DNA from: a virus
Virus record (IMG/VR): IMGVR_UViG_3300006754_000009
Location: 25,264 to 89,263 of that record
Length of the DNA: 64,000 nucleotides
Direction: 5' to 3' (one strand)
The stretch's first letter is position 1; each line of letters begins with the position of its first letter. Positions 39,987 through 49,160 of the stretch are shown here, one piece after another. The notes below the pieces were generated by a model. It was not told where the DNA came from. It ran no database searches and saw nothing but the letters and a program-made list of their open reading frames with translations. The position numbers were made by a program, and so were the translations under genes.

Positions 39987-41153
39987 ATGGGAAAACTTAA
40001 AAAAATAGAAAACAAACAAAAAAGTATAAAAACGGTAGTGGTACCTTATAGTGGTGATGGATGGACTTCAATAAGTGGAAGTACGTTAAAATTTACAGCA
40101 GCACAAAGAGACCCATCAAACGGAAGAGCTTTCTCAAACCTATATTCTTCTTTTTCTTTACCAGCTACCTCAGGGTCTGTAACTGACTATGAATCAACAT
40201 GGGCAAGAAATGGTATGAGTGCTTTAAGTCAAGATAATATAATAGTAGTAGACATACCAAGTACTGAATACGGAACACTAATTGACGGAAGAACAGTTAA
40301 ACTTACCTTTGCTAATACTACCGCTGGTACATACACCTTATATAGTTCTTATTATGAACCATTACCAACATCATCGGATAACTCTGATGAAGCAGAATAC
40401 TTCGGTAACCCTATCATCCCCGGTAATATAAATGGTTCACCAGGTATGGCTAGTTCTAATGTAGCTTTTTTATTTTGTGACGATATAAAACCACCAACCC
40501 TAGCGAGTTCAATTACCGCTATAAATAATTGGTCAGATGGATGGCAAAATAATGTAGTTCCTAATGGATATCCTGGAGGAGGGACAGACAACTTTAGATT
40601 TACAGATGTTGTTTCATCATCTAATACCCCTAAAGCATATGCCCAAACCAATGACACACCAGTAGGAATAATGTATTTAGATAAAGGTTTTGCGGTAATT
40701 ACGGACCCTATCTTAAGACAGTACTTTGATTTTTCAGGAGCGTCTTCTGCAGCGACGGAATTATATGACGGAGATGTATCAGGATTTACTCAAATATGGT
40801 ACACAGCAAGTACATCAGCGTTATGTACTTATTATTCTTTTGAAAAACAAATACAAATACAATTAGATTTGGTAGCTGGTTCTGACGAATTTTATATTAC
40901 CGAAAATCAAACCGCAGCTAGTTCGGACGCACCTTATTATGGAGCAGGTGGAAAAGACACAGGAATACAATTTAAAACACCATTTGGAGATATAGAAAAG
41001 ATTTGGGACTTATCAGATGTGACCTCAACATACATAACTGAAATTGGACTCTACGACGCACAAAATAAATTATTAGCAATAGCCAAACCAGACAGGCCTA
41101 TAGAAAAAAAGAAGAACACACCAACCACTTTACAATTGATTCTTACGTTCTAA
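39987..41153 (+). CDS. structural protein with a collar-like C-terminal motif
   Basis: C-terminal YITEIGLYDAQNKLLAIAKPDRPIEK, paralogous to the end of 34402. Confidence 0.65.
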   Translation: MGKLKKIENKQKSIKTVVVPYSGDGWTSISGSTLKFTAAQRDPSNGRAFSNLYSSFSLPATSGSVTDYESTWARNGMSALSQDNIIVVDIPSTEYGTLIDGRTVKLTFANTTAGTYTLYSSYYEPLPTSSDNSDEAEYFGNPIIPGNINGSPGMASSNVAFLFCDDIKPPTLASSITAINNWSDGWQNNVVPNGYPGGGTDNFRFTDVVSSSNTPKAYAQTNDTPVGIMYLDKGFAVITDPILRQYFDFSGASSAATELYDGDVSGFTQIWYTASTSALCTYYSFEKQIQIQLDLVAGSDEFYITENQTAASSDAPYYGAGGKDTGIQFKTPFGDIEKIWDLSDVTSTYITEIGLYDAQNKLLAIAKPDRPIEKKKNTPTTLQLILTF

Positions 41154-41162
41154 ATTTACAGT

Positions 41163-41759
41163 ATGGAAAAACTAGGAAAAAGCCCAAAAGTATTAGGGTT
41201 GGATATATCAACAAAAACTATAGGGTGGGCATTATTTGACACACAGACTAAAAACTTATTAGAACTAACTCATTTCTCACCAAAAATTAAACCTGTACCT
41301 GAGAGTAAAATAGAAGAAATGTTGTTAAAAGCTGAACAATTTAAATCCAAAATTTTAGACTATAGGAATGTAGGTATAACTAAAGTTATAATAGAAGAAC
41401 CTCTTTTAAATTCTAACAATATACGTACAGTCTCTACTCTAATGAGGTATAACGCATTTATTACTCGTATTATTTACGAAACTTTAGGTATAGTTCCCGA
41501 CTTCATCTCCACATATAATTCTAGAAAATTTGCTTTCCCGTCTCTTTTTACGGAAAACAATAAAGGCAAAAAAGTATTATTTGGTAAATACGAGGTTGGT
41601 TGTGATAAAAAATATATTATTTGGCAAAAAGTTTCAGAAAAAGAACCACACCTAACATGGACCTATACTAGAAACAACACACTTAAAAAAGAAAATTTTG
41701 ATATGTGTGACGCTTATACCTGTGTCCTAGGATATCTACAACAAAAAACCATTTGGTAA
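41163..41759 (+). CDS. ruvC: RuvC-like Holliday junction resolvase
   Basis: VLGLDISTKTIGWA, VIIEEP and FDMCDAY acidic catalytic motifs. Confidence 0.85.
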   Translation: MEKLGKSPKVLGLDISTKTIGWALFDTQTKNLLELTHFSPKIKPVPESKIEEMLLKAEQFKSKILDYRNVGITKVIIEEPLLNSNNIRTVSTLMRYNAFITRIIYETLGIVPDFISTYNSRKFAFPSLFTENNKGKKVLFGKYEVGCDKKYIIWQKVSEKEPHLTWTYTRNNTLKKENFDMCDAYTCVLGYLQQKTIW

Positions 41760-41790
41760 TTGATTAACCTTAAAATATTCCATATATTTC
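41760..41790 (+). promoter_or_regulatory. sigma70/Bacteroidota-type promoter (TTGATT-17-TATATTTC)
   Basis: The primase ATG lies 12 nt from the first T of the -10/-7 box. Confidence 0.6.
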
Positions 41791-41794
41791 TAAC

Positions 41795-42709
41795 ATGGAT
41801 GAATCACCACTATTAATAGAGTTATTACAAGAAGTTTTAGGAGAAATAAATCTCCACTACCCAAACAAAGGACAAATATCATTTGACTGTCCTGTATGTT
41901 CTTATGACATTAAAGGATTAGACAAAGGAGATGGAAAGGGAAATTTTGAAGTTAACTACCATCAAGGGGTATATAAATGTTGGGCATGTTCGGAAACTTA
42001 CGGAACCCACGGTTCATTAAATAAACTATTTTTTAAATGGGGTAACAATAGAATAAAATCCACTTGGAAATTGATAGGTGGGGACTTCATTAAAAAAACA
42101 GAAAGGAAATATGAAGACATTAAATTACCTAAAGAATATATATCATTTACAAAAGGGAATAAATTAACCATCCCATATAAGGAAGCGTATAATTATTTAA
42201 GAAAAAGAAATATAAGTGATGAGGTAATTTCTAAGTATTCTATAGGTTATACCACAGAAGGAAAGTATAGAGGTAGAATAATTGTTCCTTCATTTGATGA
42301 GAATGAAGAAATAAATTATTTTGTTTCACGCTCCTATGTGGGACATAAAAATAAATATAAAAATCCTGAAGCAGAAAAAGACAAGATAATATTCAACGAA
42401 CACATGATAAATTGGGACGAGGATGTATATCTAGTAGAAGGGGTATTCGATATGTTTTTTGTCAACAACTCAATTCCGGTATTAGGTAAAAATTTAAGCG
42501 ATAGACTATGGAAAACTCTATATGATAAATGCACCAGTAACATTATTGTATGTTTAGATGGTGATGCGTGGGAAGACGCTCAACAACTTTATAGAAAATT
42601 AGAAGGCGGTAAATTGACAAATAGAATAAGATTAATAAAATTACCTAAGGATAAAGATATTGGTGATTTAGGCGGAGTAGACAATTTAAAAAGAATCAAA
42701 TTATTATGA
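41795..42709 (+). CDS. dnaG: DNA primase (Zn finger + TOPRIM)
   Basis: CPVC...CWAC, YRGRIIVPS, KYKNP, YLVEGVFD, VCLDGDA, KDIGD. Confidence 0.9.
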   Translation: MDESPLLIELLQEVLGEINLHYPNKGQISFDCPVCSYDIKGLDKGDGKGNFEVNYHQGVYKCWACSETYGTHGSLNKLFFKWGNNRIKSTWKLIGGDFIKKTERKYEDIKLPKEYISFTKGNKLTIPYKEAYNYLRKRNISDEVISKYSIGYTTEGKYRGRIIVPSFDENEEINYFVSRSYVGHKNKYKNPEAEKDKIIFNEHMINWDEDVYLVEGVFDMFFVNNSIPVLGKNLSDRLWKTLYDKCTSNIIVCLDGDAWEDAQQLYRKLEGGKLTNRIRLIKLPKDKDIGDLGGVDNLKRIKLL

Positions 42710-43473
42710 AAATAACTAAAGAATTAGCTAAATTTAATAACATTAAGTTTCATGACAAGGAACATATATATTATTTAGACAATGTAAGGACTAAGTCAGT
42801 AACCTCTATTATAGGAAAATACAAACATCCATTTGATAAAGAGTATTGGTCACAAAAAAAAGCCGACGAGAGAGGAATAACAAAGGAAGAAATTTTAAAA
42901 GAATGGAAATATAAAGCAGATTTTTCTTGTGAAAAAGGTTCTGCTTTCCATGAATATGTAGAAAATTTTTTAACAAATAAACTTTTTCCATTTCCCGAAC
43001 ATCATATTACTGAAGCATTAGGGAGTGTAGAAAATATGTTGGAGTGCAAAGAATCCGTAAAAGCATTGATGAAAATGTTTGACGACTTTTACGAAAAATC
43101 CTTTGGTAAATTAATTCCAGTTCGTGCGGAAATTGTGGTTGGTGACAAAGATTGGGGGGTTACAGGTATGATTGACCAACTCTTTTATAATGAAAAATCT
43201 AAAAAGTTAGAAATATGGGATTGGAAAACTAATAAAGCTATAAATAAAGAAAATAAATGGCAACAATTTAAGGAACCTCTGTCACATTTAGATGTTTGTG
43301 AGTTAAATACCTATTCTTTGCAGTTATCTTTTTATAAATTAATAGTAGAAAGAAATACTACTCTTGAACTTGGAGACTGTTATATTGTTTGGTTTAACGA
43401 AAATAACGAAACCTATAAAATTATAAAATGTTATGATTTTAGAGATGAAATACTTAAAATAATGAAAAAATGA
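42706..43473 (+). CDS. PD-(D/E)XK exonuclease
   Basis: SVTSIIG, KGSAFHEYVE, AEIVV, TGMIDQL, WDWKTNK, YSLQLSFY. Confidence 0.88.
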   Translation: MKITKELAKFNNIKFHDKEHIYYLDNVRTKSVTSIIGKYKHPFDKEYWSQKKADERGITKEEILKEWKYKADFSCEKGSAFHEYVENFLTNKLFPFPEHHITEALGSVENMLECKESVKALMKMFDDFYEKSFGKLIPVRAEIVVGDKDWGVTGMIDQLFYNEKSKKLEIWDWKTNKAINKENKWQQFKEPLSHLDVCELNTYSLQLSFYKLIVERNTTLELGDCYIVWFNENNETYKIIKCYDFRDEILKIMKK

Positions 43474-44408
43474 AAGTAGAAAATACAGATAAAATGAAAA
43501 AAATATACATCCACGGAAAAAGCTGGGAGAAGGAAGTGGAGGGGCCAGAGGGGCTACTAGAAGTTAAAATAAGTGAATTAATACCTTTTAGTAGATATAC
43601 AGGTGCGGTTACCATAGATAAGGAGGACAACATAATTCAGACTAAAGACGAAAAACTATGGCGTAAAAGAAAAATGAGAGGATTTAAATCACTCTTAAAA
43701 AGGGTATTTAGGAGTGTTTATTTTAAAGGCCCCTCAAGTACACTGTACCCATGGAATGTCCTCAAAGAAAGTATTGAAAAAGAGGGTTACGACCCAGCAA
43801 AATATGGGTATATAATAGTCCGAGCCAGAAAAAATAGTGAAGGAGAGAGAAGATTTCAGATAATCAATGGAAATCATAGATTGGAGGTTTTATCTGCATT
43901 ATATGGGCCTGACTACAAATTAAAAGTTAGAGTAACAAATTCAGCATCAGTTAAAGGCATATTAAAGATAATCCCGGATGGATTAAGGAATGTACCCATA
44001 ACTCTTTTTCCATCTTTTATATTTTTCTGTTGGTACCTTTTCCTACCAATACTCATAACATCAGTACTTGTATATTTAACACTTAGTTGGATTAAGGATA
44101 TTAGAGATTTATCAAAAACCGAAACCCACCCTAAAAAACATCTAACTTCTATATATAACAAAACCCCTAAACTATATAGATTACTAATGAATATTCACTA
44201 TAACCTAACATATATCATTTCAAGTATCATCATTCTATTATTTACCATTTATGCATTTTATCATTATTGGCTAGAATTTTTCATTATGATGGGAATTACA
44301 TTTATATTAGGAACTATAATACAGTATGTGTTGTATAAAACAAAGAATACTATAAAAACCGTAAATAATTTAACACTAAACGACATAATAGAAACATATA
44401 AAAAATAA
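43470..44408 (+). CDS. ParB/Srx-like domain fused to C-terminal transmembrane helices
   Basis: LKESIEKEGY...IIV...FQIINGNHRLEVL, followed by 3-4 hydrophobic segments. Confidence 0.7.
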   Translation: MKVENTDKMKKIYIHGKSWEKEVEGPEGLLEVKISELIPFSRYTGAVTIDKEDNIIQTKDEKLWRKRKMRGFKSLLKRVFRSVYFKGPSSTLYPWNVLKESIEKEGYDPAKYGYIIVRARKNSEGERRFQIINGNHRLEVLSALYGPDYKLKVRVTNSASVKGILKIIPDGLRNVPITLFPSFIFFCWYLFLPILITSVLVYLTLSWIKDIRDLSKTETHPKKHLTSIYNKTPKLYRLLMNIHYNLTYIISSIIILLFTIYAFYHYWLEFFIMMGITFILGTIIQYVLYKTKNTIKTVNNLTLNDIIETYKK

Positions 44409-45190
44409 TGATAGAAAAAATAATCCATTATTCCGACCTTCATCTAAAACTCTATAAACAACATAAAAGAGATAAGAAAGTTTTGGAAAAAGCCTTAGAA
44501 AAATGGAAAAAAGAAAAACCAGATAGAATTGTTTTTACTGGTGATTTTGTACATTCTAAGAATCAGATGACCCCTGAACTCATAAACCTAATGTCCTGGG
44601 TGATGACTGAAACAGCTAAAATTTGTAAATGTATATACCTAATAGGTAATCATGACTTTTTAGAAAACAACATGGACAGAATGGACGCTCTATCACCAGT
44701 AATAGATAGTTTAAATAACCCAAATATAGTATATTATAAGGACACAGGATGTTATGAAGATGATAATGTATTATGGTGTGTATACTCTCTTAGAGAACAT
44801 AATATTAGCCCTAGTATACCACTAGACACTGACAAATATAAAATAGGTCTATTTCATGGTGTTATAGAAGGGTCATCAAATGACTTTGGGTTTGTATTTG
44901 ACGCTGGGTACAGTGTAGATAGATTTGAGGGGTGTGACGTGGTATTAGCAGGTGATATCCATAAAAGACAAACATTCAAGATACCCGGTAATAAGAAAGC
45001 ATATATGGTAGGGTCGACCATAATTCAAAATTTTGGTGAAAGTATAAAGAATCATGGATATGGTGTATATAATACAAGAACAGAAAAATATAGATTTTTT
45101 AACCTTGATAATCCCCAACCATATCTTAACTTTAGAATAAGAGATATAGAGGATATAGAGAATAATAAAGAAATTTTAATAAATGGTTGA
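44408..45190 (+). CDS. sbcD: Mre11/SbcD-like metallophosphoesterase nuclease
   Basis: HYSDLH, FTGDFVH, IGNHD, LFHG, LAGDIHKRQ. Confidence 0.9.
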   Translation: MIEKIIHYSDLHLKLYKQHKRDKKVLEKALEKWKKEKPDRIVFTGDFVHSKNQMTPELINLMSWVMTETAKICKCIYLIGNHDFLENNMDRMDALSPVIDSLNNPNIVYYKDTGCYEDDNVLWCVYSLREHNISPSIPLDTDKYKIGLFHGVIEGSSNDFGFVFDAGYSVDRFEGCDVVLAGDIHKRQTFKIPGNKKAYMVGSTIIQNFGESIKNHGYGVYNTRTEKYRFFNLDNPQPYLNFRIRDIEDIENNKEILING

Positions 45191-45629
45191 CATAAATAAA
45201 GATTTACAAAAAGAATTCACAATGTATTGTGAATTAAATGAAATAACAGAGGTAGACAATTTTATAGTTAAATGTGCTAAAGACGGTTTAACATTAGATA
45301 AGTATGGTGTCGCACCATTCCTACCCAAATCACAAATTCAAGAAGTACCAGTAGAAAAAGAGATAGTGAAAGAAGTGATTAAAGAGATACCAATTGAAAA
45401 AGAAGTTATTATAGAAAAAATTATAACGAAAGAAGTAAAAGATACTCAGTTAATTGAAGAATTGGAAAAATTAAGAAGAGAATTAACTGAAGCAAGTCAA
45501 TTAATAGACGAACAAAAAAATAAAATAAAAGAACAAGATGACGTACTTGAACACTTTAAGAACGTAACGGTAAACAGAAGAGCAAAGTATATGAAATCAT
45601 CAAACTTAAACGACACCTATTTAGATTAA
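45183..45629 (+). CDS. hypothetical protein with VEKEIVKE-type repeats and a coiled coil
   Basis: EVPVEKEIVKEVIKEIPIEKEVIIEK. Confidence 0.7.
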   Translation: MVDINKDLQKEFTMYCELNEITEVDNFIVKCAKDGLTLDKYGVAPFLPKSQIQEVPVEKEIVKEVIKEIPIEKEVIIEKIITKEVKDTQLIEELEKLRRELTEASQLIDEQKNKIKEQDDVLEHFKNVTVNRRAKYMKSSNLNDTYLD

Positions 45630-45633
45630 TATT

Positions 45634-45984
45634 ATGGAAACACTTATATGGATTTTAGCAGCTTACGGAATGTCCCAGATACTAGTATTTGGTAGCATAT
45701 TTGACACCACGAGAGAATGGATAACTAAGAAATCAACATTTTTGGGAGATTTATTAGGATGTATGATGTGTACATCTACTTGGGTGGGGTTCTTTTTTTC
45801 CCTAACGTTTTACTCACCTACACTATCAATGATTACAATACCTTATAGTAATATATTTTTTGATGGCATGTTAGCAAGTGGGTCTGTATGGGGAATAAAT
45901 GCAATTATAGAATGGTTTGAAGAAAATAAACCACCTAAAGATGATGATTCACATAATGATTATTCAGGACCTGGAGTATTATAG
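45634..45984 (+). CDS. small membrane protein (DUF1360-like)
   Basis: Three hydrophobic segments; LLGCMMCTSTWVG motif. Confidence 0.65.
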   Translation: METLIWILAAYGMSQILVFGSIFDTTREWITKKSTFLGDLLGCMMCTSTWVGFFFSLTFYSPTLSMITIPYSNIFFDGMLASGSVWGINAIIEWFEENKPPKDDDSHNDYSGPGVL

Positions 45985-45986
45985 AG

Positions 45987-46760
45987 TTACTCACAACAAC
46001 ATTCAGGGCGGCTACTAGAACATCTACATGCCGGCATTTTTACCGGTTCATCACCACTACCTTGAGCAAATTCTAATGATTTAGTAAACGGTAAATAATA
46101 AGGATTCCACGAATAACCATCCTTCCAAATTGCGTAATGTAAATGAGCACCACTACTACCACCTTCTTTATTATGGTCAGGGTTGTCACCACCCGTAACA
46201 CCTATAGGAAAACCTTGAGGTACACTTAAACCTACTATAACCTCTGCTGGAAAAACAAAATCCATATGACAATACTGTACAGTATAATCATTATTACATT
46301 GTAATTTAATCATGCCCCCACAATTACCAACTCCATATTCACTAGCAGTTATAGTTCCATTACATGCAGCAACAGCAGGTTGATTCTTAGCAATATCCTG
46401 TGTATCTAAGTCCACACCATTATGTTGACGTTCAGGATTACCAAATCTACCACATTTATACCAATTACTTCCATTTACTGTACCCAACTTCATACCATCT
46501 TGAGTCATTAAAGGATTAATATTAGGAGTGTCACTACCATCATTACCAACGAAGGTTTTATAAGCAGCAATTATTAAAACCATATCCGCTCTATCTATTT
46601 TAGCTGCGACTTTTTCATCTAACACATCCCAGTCTATGTCTTTAATGTAAGTTTGTACATCAAAATATCTATCTCTCAGTACCTTGATAAGTTGTTCATC
46701 TAAGTTACTAGCATGTCCAACCAAAGTACCGTACTGAGTTTCTGTTATTCGTATTTTCAT
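45987..46760 (-). CDS. M23 family metallopeptidase (peptidoglycan hydrolase) with an MKIRITE-type leader
   Basis: HNGVD, YCHM and SSGAHLHY M23 Zn-binding motifs. Confidence 0.88.
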   Translation of the reverse strand: MKIRITETQYGTLVGHASNLDEQLIKVLRDRYFDVQTYIKDIDWDVLDEKVAAKIDRADMVLIIAAYKTFVGNDGSDTPNINPLMTQDGMKLGTVNGSNWYKCGRFGNPERQHNGVDLDTQDIAKNQPAVAACNGTITASEYGVGNCGGMIKLQCNNDYTVQYCHMDFVFPAEVIVGLSVPQGFPIGVTGGDNPDHNKEGGSSGAHLHYAIWKDGYSWNPYYLPFTKSLEFAQGSGDEPVKMPACRCSSSRPECCCE

Positions 46761-46778
46761 TTATGTTGATTTATATTA

Positions 46779-46785
46779 ATAAATA
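46779..46785 (-). promoter_or_regulatory. TATTTAT putative late promoter on the minus strand
   Basis: ATAAATA on + strand, 25 nt upstream of the inverted M23 gene; orientation follows the gene. Confidence 0.6.
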
Positions 46786-46800
46786 TACGATATTTACCAT

Positions 46801-49158
46801 ATGGAAATAAACAAACTAGAGAACCCATTTATAAAAGTAACTAGGGAAGATATACCAGAGAATTTCACTCAAGAAAGAATAAAAAGAGCAAGAACATATT
46901 TTCAAAATAAATACAAATCTAAAAATGTTACCGTAATAACTAAAGCTATAGATAAGAGTTCTGGAGATGAACTAGAAATAGATTTAGAACAAAATGTTAT
47001 GGACACCAACTATCAACGAAATCTTATGTCACAGTTTGTTATGGCAAATGATATAGGGGTAGATATAGAGTTATTAAAACGTTTAGATGATAAGGTAAAT
47101 ATAAAAATTGCAGATGAGCTTGAGGTAGACACCAAGTACAAAAGGGTATATATTAAAAATATAAAATTTTCTAATTTCTTATCTTTCGGGGATAATAATT
47201 TATTGAATGTAGAGAAATTAGGAGGAATTACCGTGATTGACTCCAACCCACCTAACTTTGGTGGAAAGTCAGTCTTAGCGGTGGACTTAATTCTCTTTTT
47301 GTTTTTTAACACCACCACAAAAACCACCAAAGCCCTGGACATATTTAACAGATTTAGAAAAAACAATGAAGTGATAGTTCAAGGAGAAGTAGAAATAGAT
47401 GGTAATGATTATATCATAGTAAGAAAAGTTAAAAGAAGAAAAACTAAAAAGGGTGAATGGTCAGTTAGTACTAGTTTAGAATTTTTAGAAAGAAAAAAAG
47501 ACGGTACACTACAAAATTTTACGGGAGAACAAAGAAGAGAAACAGAGAAGTTTATAAAAGAATCGATTGGAACCATGAACGATTTTCTTTTGACTGTATT
47601 ATCTACAGCAGGTAATTTAGAGTCACTAATTGAGTCCAAACCAACTGAGAGAGGTAATATATTAAGTAGATTTATAGGGTTAGAAGTTTTAAAAGATAAA
47701 GAAAATAAATGTAAAGAAATGTATTCCGAATGGTCTAAAAAACTCATTTCTAATGTTTATAATGTAGAAGAACTAAAGCAACAAATAAAAAATGAAACTA
47801 CTAAGAAAGAAATTTTAATAGAATCTAATAACGTAAACAATAAAAACCTACAAGATTCTATTAATAAATTAAAAATAAAAAACATAGAAAGAGATAGGTT
47901 AATAACCCAGAAAATAACCGATATTGACTTAGAAATACAGAATGTAAATCCTAGATTATTAGAAGAAAAAAAAGAAGAAGAAGATAATTTAATATCCATT
48001 TTAAAGAAAAAATTAGAGAATTATGGTGAAAATGATACACCAGAACAAATTAGTTTAGAAAAGTTAAAAAATAAAAAAATTAATCTTAAAAATTTAATTT
48101 TAGAAATAACTAAAGAAAAAGTAGAATTAAGAAATATAGATAAGAACTGGAAACATTTAGAAGAAGCGGAGATTTGTCCATTATGTAAAAGAAGTTTAGA
48201 AGATGTTGACCATAGTGAAGAAATTAAAACATTAAAACTCACTTCACACACATTAAATGAAAAAATTGAAACTACATCATCAGATATAACCATCTTAGAA
48301 AAAGAAGTAGAAACACTAGAAGTTAAAAAAACTATATTTGATGAGTATGAAAAAGAATTACTAAAAAAAGAAAGATTAGTATTAGAGATAGGTCAAAAAG
48401 AACTGGAGGTTGATAAGGTAAACACCCAACTGAATAAATGGAAACAAAACAAAGACAGAGTAGAACAGAATAAACTTATAGAACAGAAGATTTTATCCAC
48501 GAATTCAGAGATAGATATCCTAACCAACACCAAAGACACTACTCTCAGAGAAATAGAAACTAATTTGGGTGATATAAAAGCTATAGATACTCTAGTAGTG
48601 GAATCTAAAATTAAAATAGATAAAATTAAAAAAGAAAATGAAGTTAATAAGATTTTTAGAGCTTATTTAACGGTATTTGGAAAAAATGGGATTATAAAAA
48701 CTATAGTTAAAAGTGTTGTACCAAAATTAAATAATGAATTAATGAGGTTATTATCTGATGTAACTAATTTTATGGTAGAAATTAAAGTAAATGACAAAAA
48801 TGAAGTTGAATTTTGGATGGTAGACAACGAAAGTGGTGTTGAAAAACTACTTTCTGCTGGAAGTGGATTTGAAAAAACATTAGCTTCATTATCTATTAGG
48901 ACTGTCTTAACTAAAGTATCATGTCTTCCTAGACCTAATATTACAGTATTTGATGAAGTATTAGGTAAGGTAAGTAATGAGAATTTAGAACAAGTAGGTG
49001 TTTTCTTTAGAAGAATAAAAGATTATTTCGAAAATGTATTTTTAATCACCCATAATCCATTAGTAAGAGAATGGGCGGACAACAGTATAACAATAACAAA
49101 AGAAAAAAACATTTCTACCTTTAATTCCGGTAATGAAACGAATACCAAATATTTATAA
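46801..49158 (+). CDS. sbcC: Rad50/SbcC-like ABC ATPase with N-terminal extension
   Basis: FSNFLSFG, P-loop NFGGKS, zinc hook CPLC, signature SGFE, Walker B VFDEV, H-loop LITH. Confidence 0.9.
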   Translation: MEINKLENPFIKVTREDIPENFTQERIKRARTYFQNKYKSKNVTVITKAIDKSSGDELEIDLEQNVMDTNYQRNLMSQFVMANDIGVDIELLKRLDDKVNIKIADELEVDTKYKRVYIKNIKFSNFLSFGDNNLLNVEKLGGITVIDSNPPNFGGKSVLAVDLILFLFFNTTTKTTKALDIFNRFRKNNEVIVQGEVEIDGNDYIIVRKVKRRKTKKGEWSVSTSLEFLERKKDGTLQNFTGEQRRETEKFIKESIGTMNDFLLTVLSTAGNLESLIESKPTERGNILSRFIGLEVLKDKENKCKEMYSEWSKKLISNVYNVEELKQQIKNETTKKEILIESNNVNNKNLQDSINKLKIKNIERDRLITQKITDIDLEIQNVNPRLLEEKKEEEDNLISILKKKLENYGENDTPEQISLEKLKNKKINLKNLILEITKEKVELRNIDKNWKHLEEAEICPLCKRSLEDVDHSEEIKTLKLTSHTLNEKIETTSSDITILEKEVETLEVKKTIFDEYEKELLKKERLVLEIGQKELEVDKVNTQLNKWKQNKDRVEQNKLIEQKILSTNSEIDILTNTKDTTLREIETNLGDIKAIDTLVVESKIKIDKIKKENEVNKIFRAYLTVFGKNGIIKTIVKSVVPKLNNELMRLLSDVTNFMVEIKVNDKNEVEFWMVDNESGVEKLLSAGSGFEKTLASLSIRTVLTKVSCLPRPNITVFDEVLGKVSNENLEQVGVFFRRIKDYFENVFLITHNPLVREWADNSITITKEKNISTFNSGNETNTKYL

Positions 49159-49160
49159 GT

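Noticed and set aside
42706-43473. Cas4 / CRISPR-associated nuclease
   Set aside because: Lacks the four-Cys Fe-S cluster pattern and any CRISPR context; an ordinary phage PD-(D/E)XK exonuclease.
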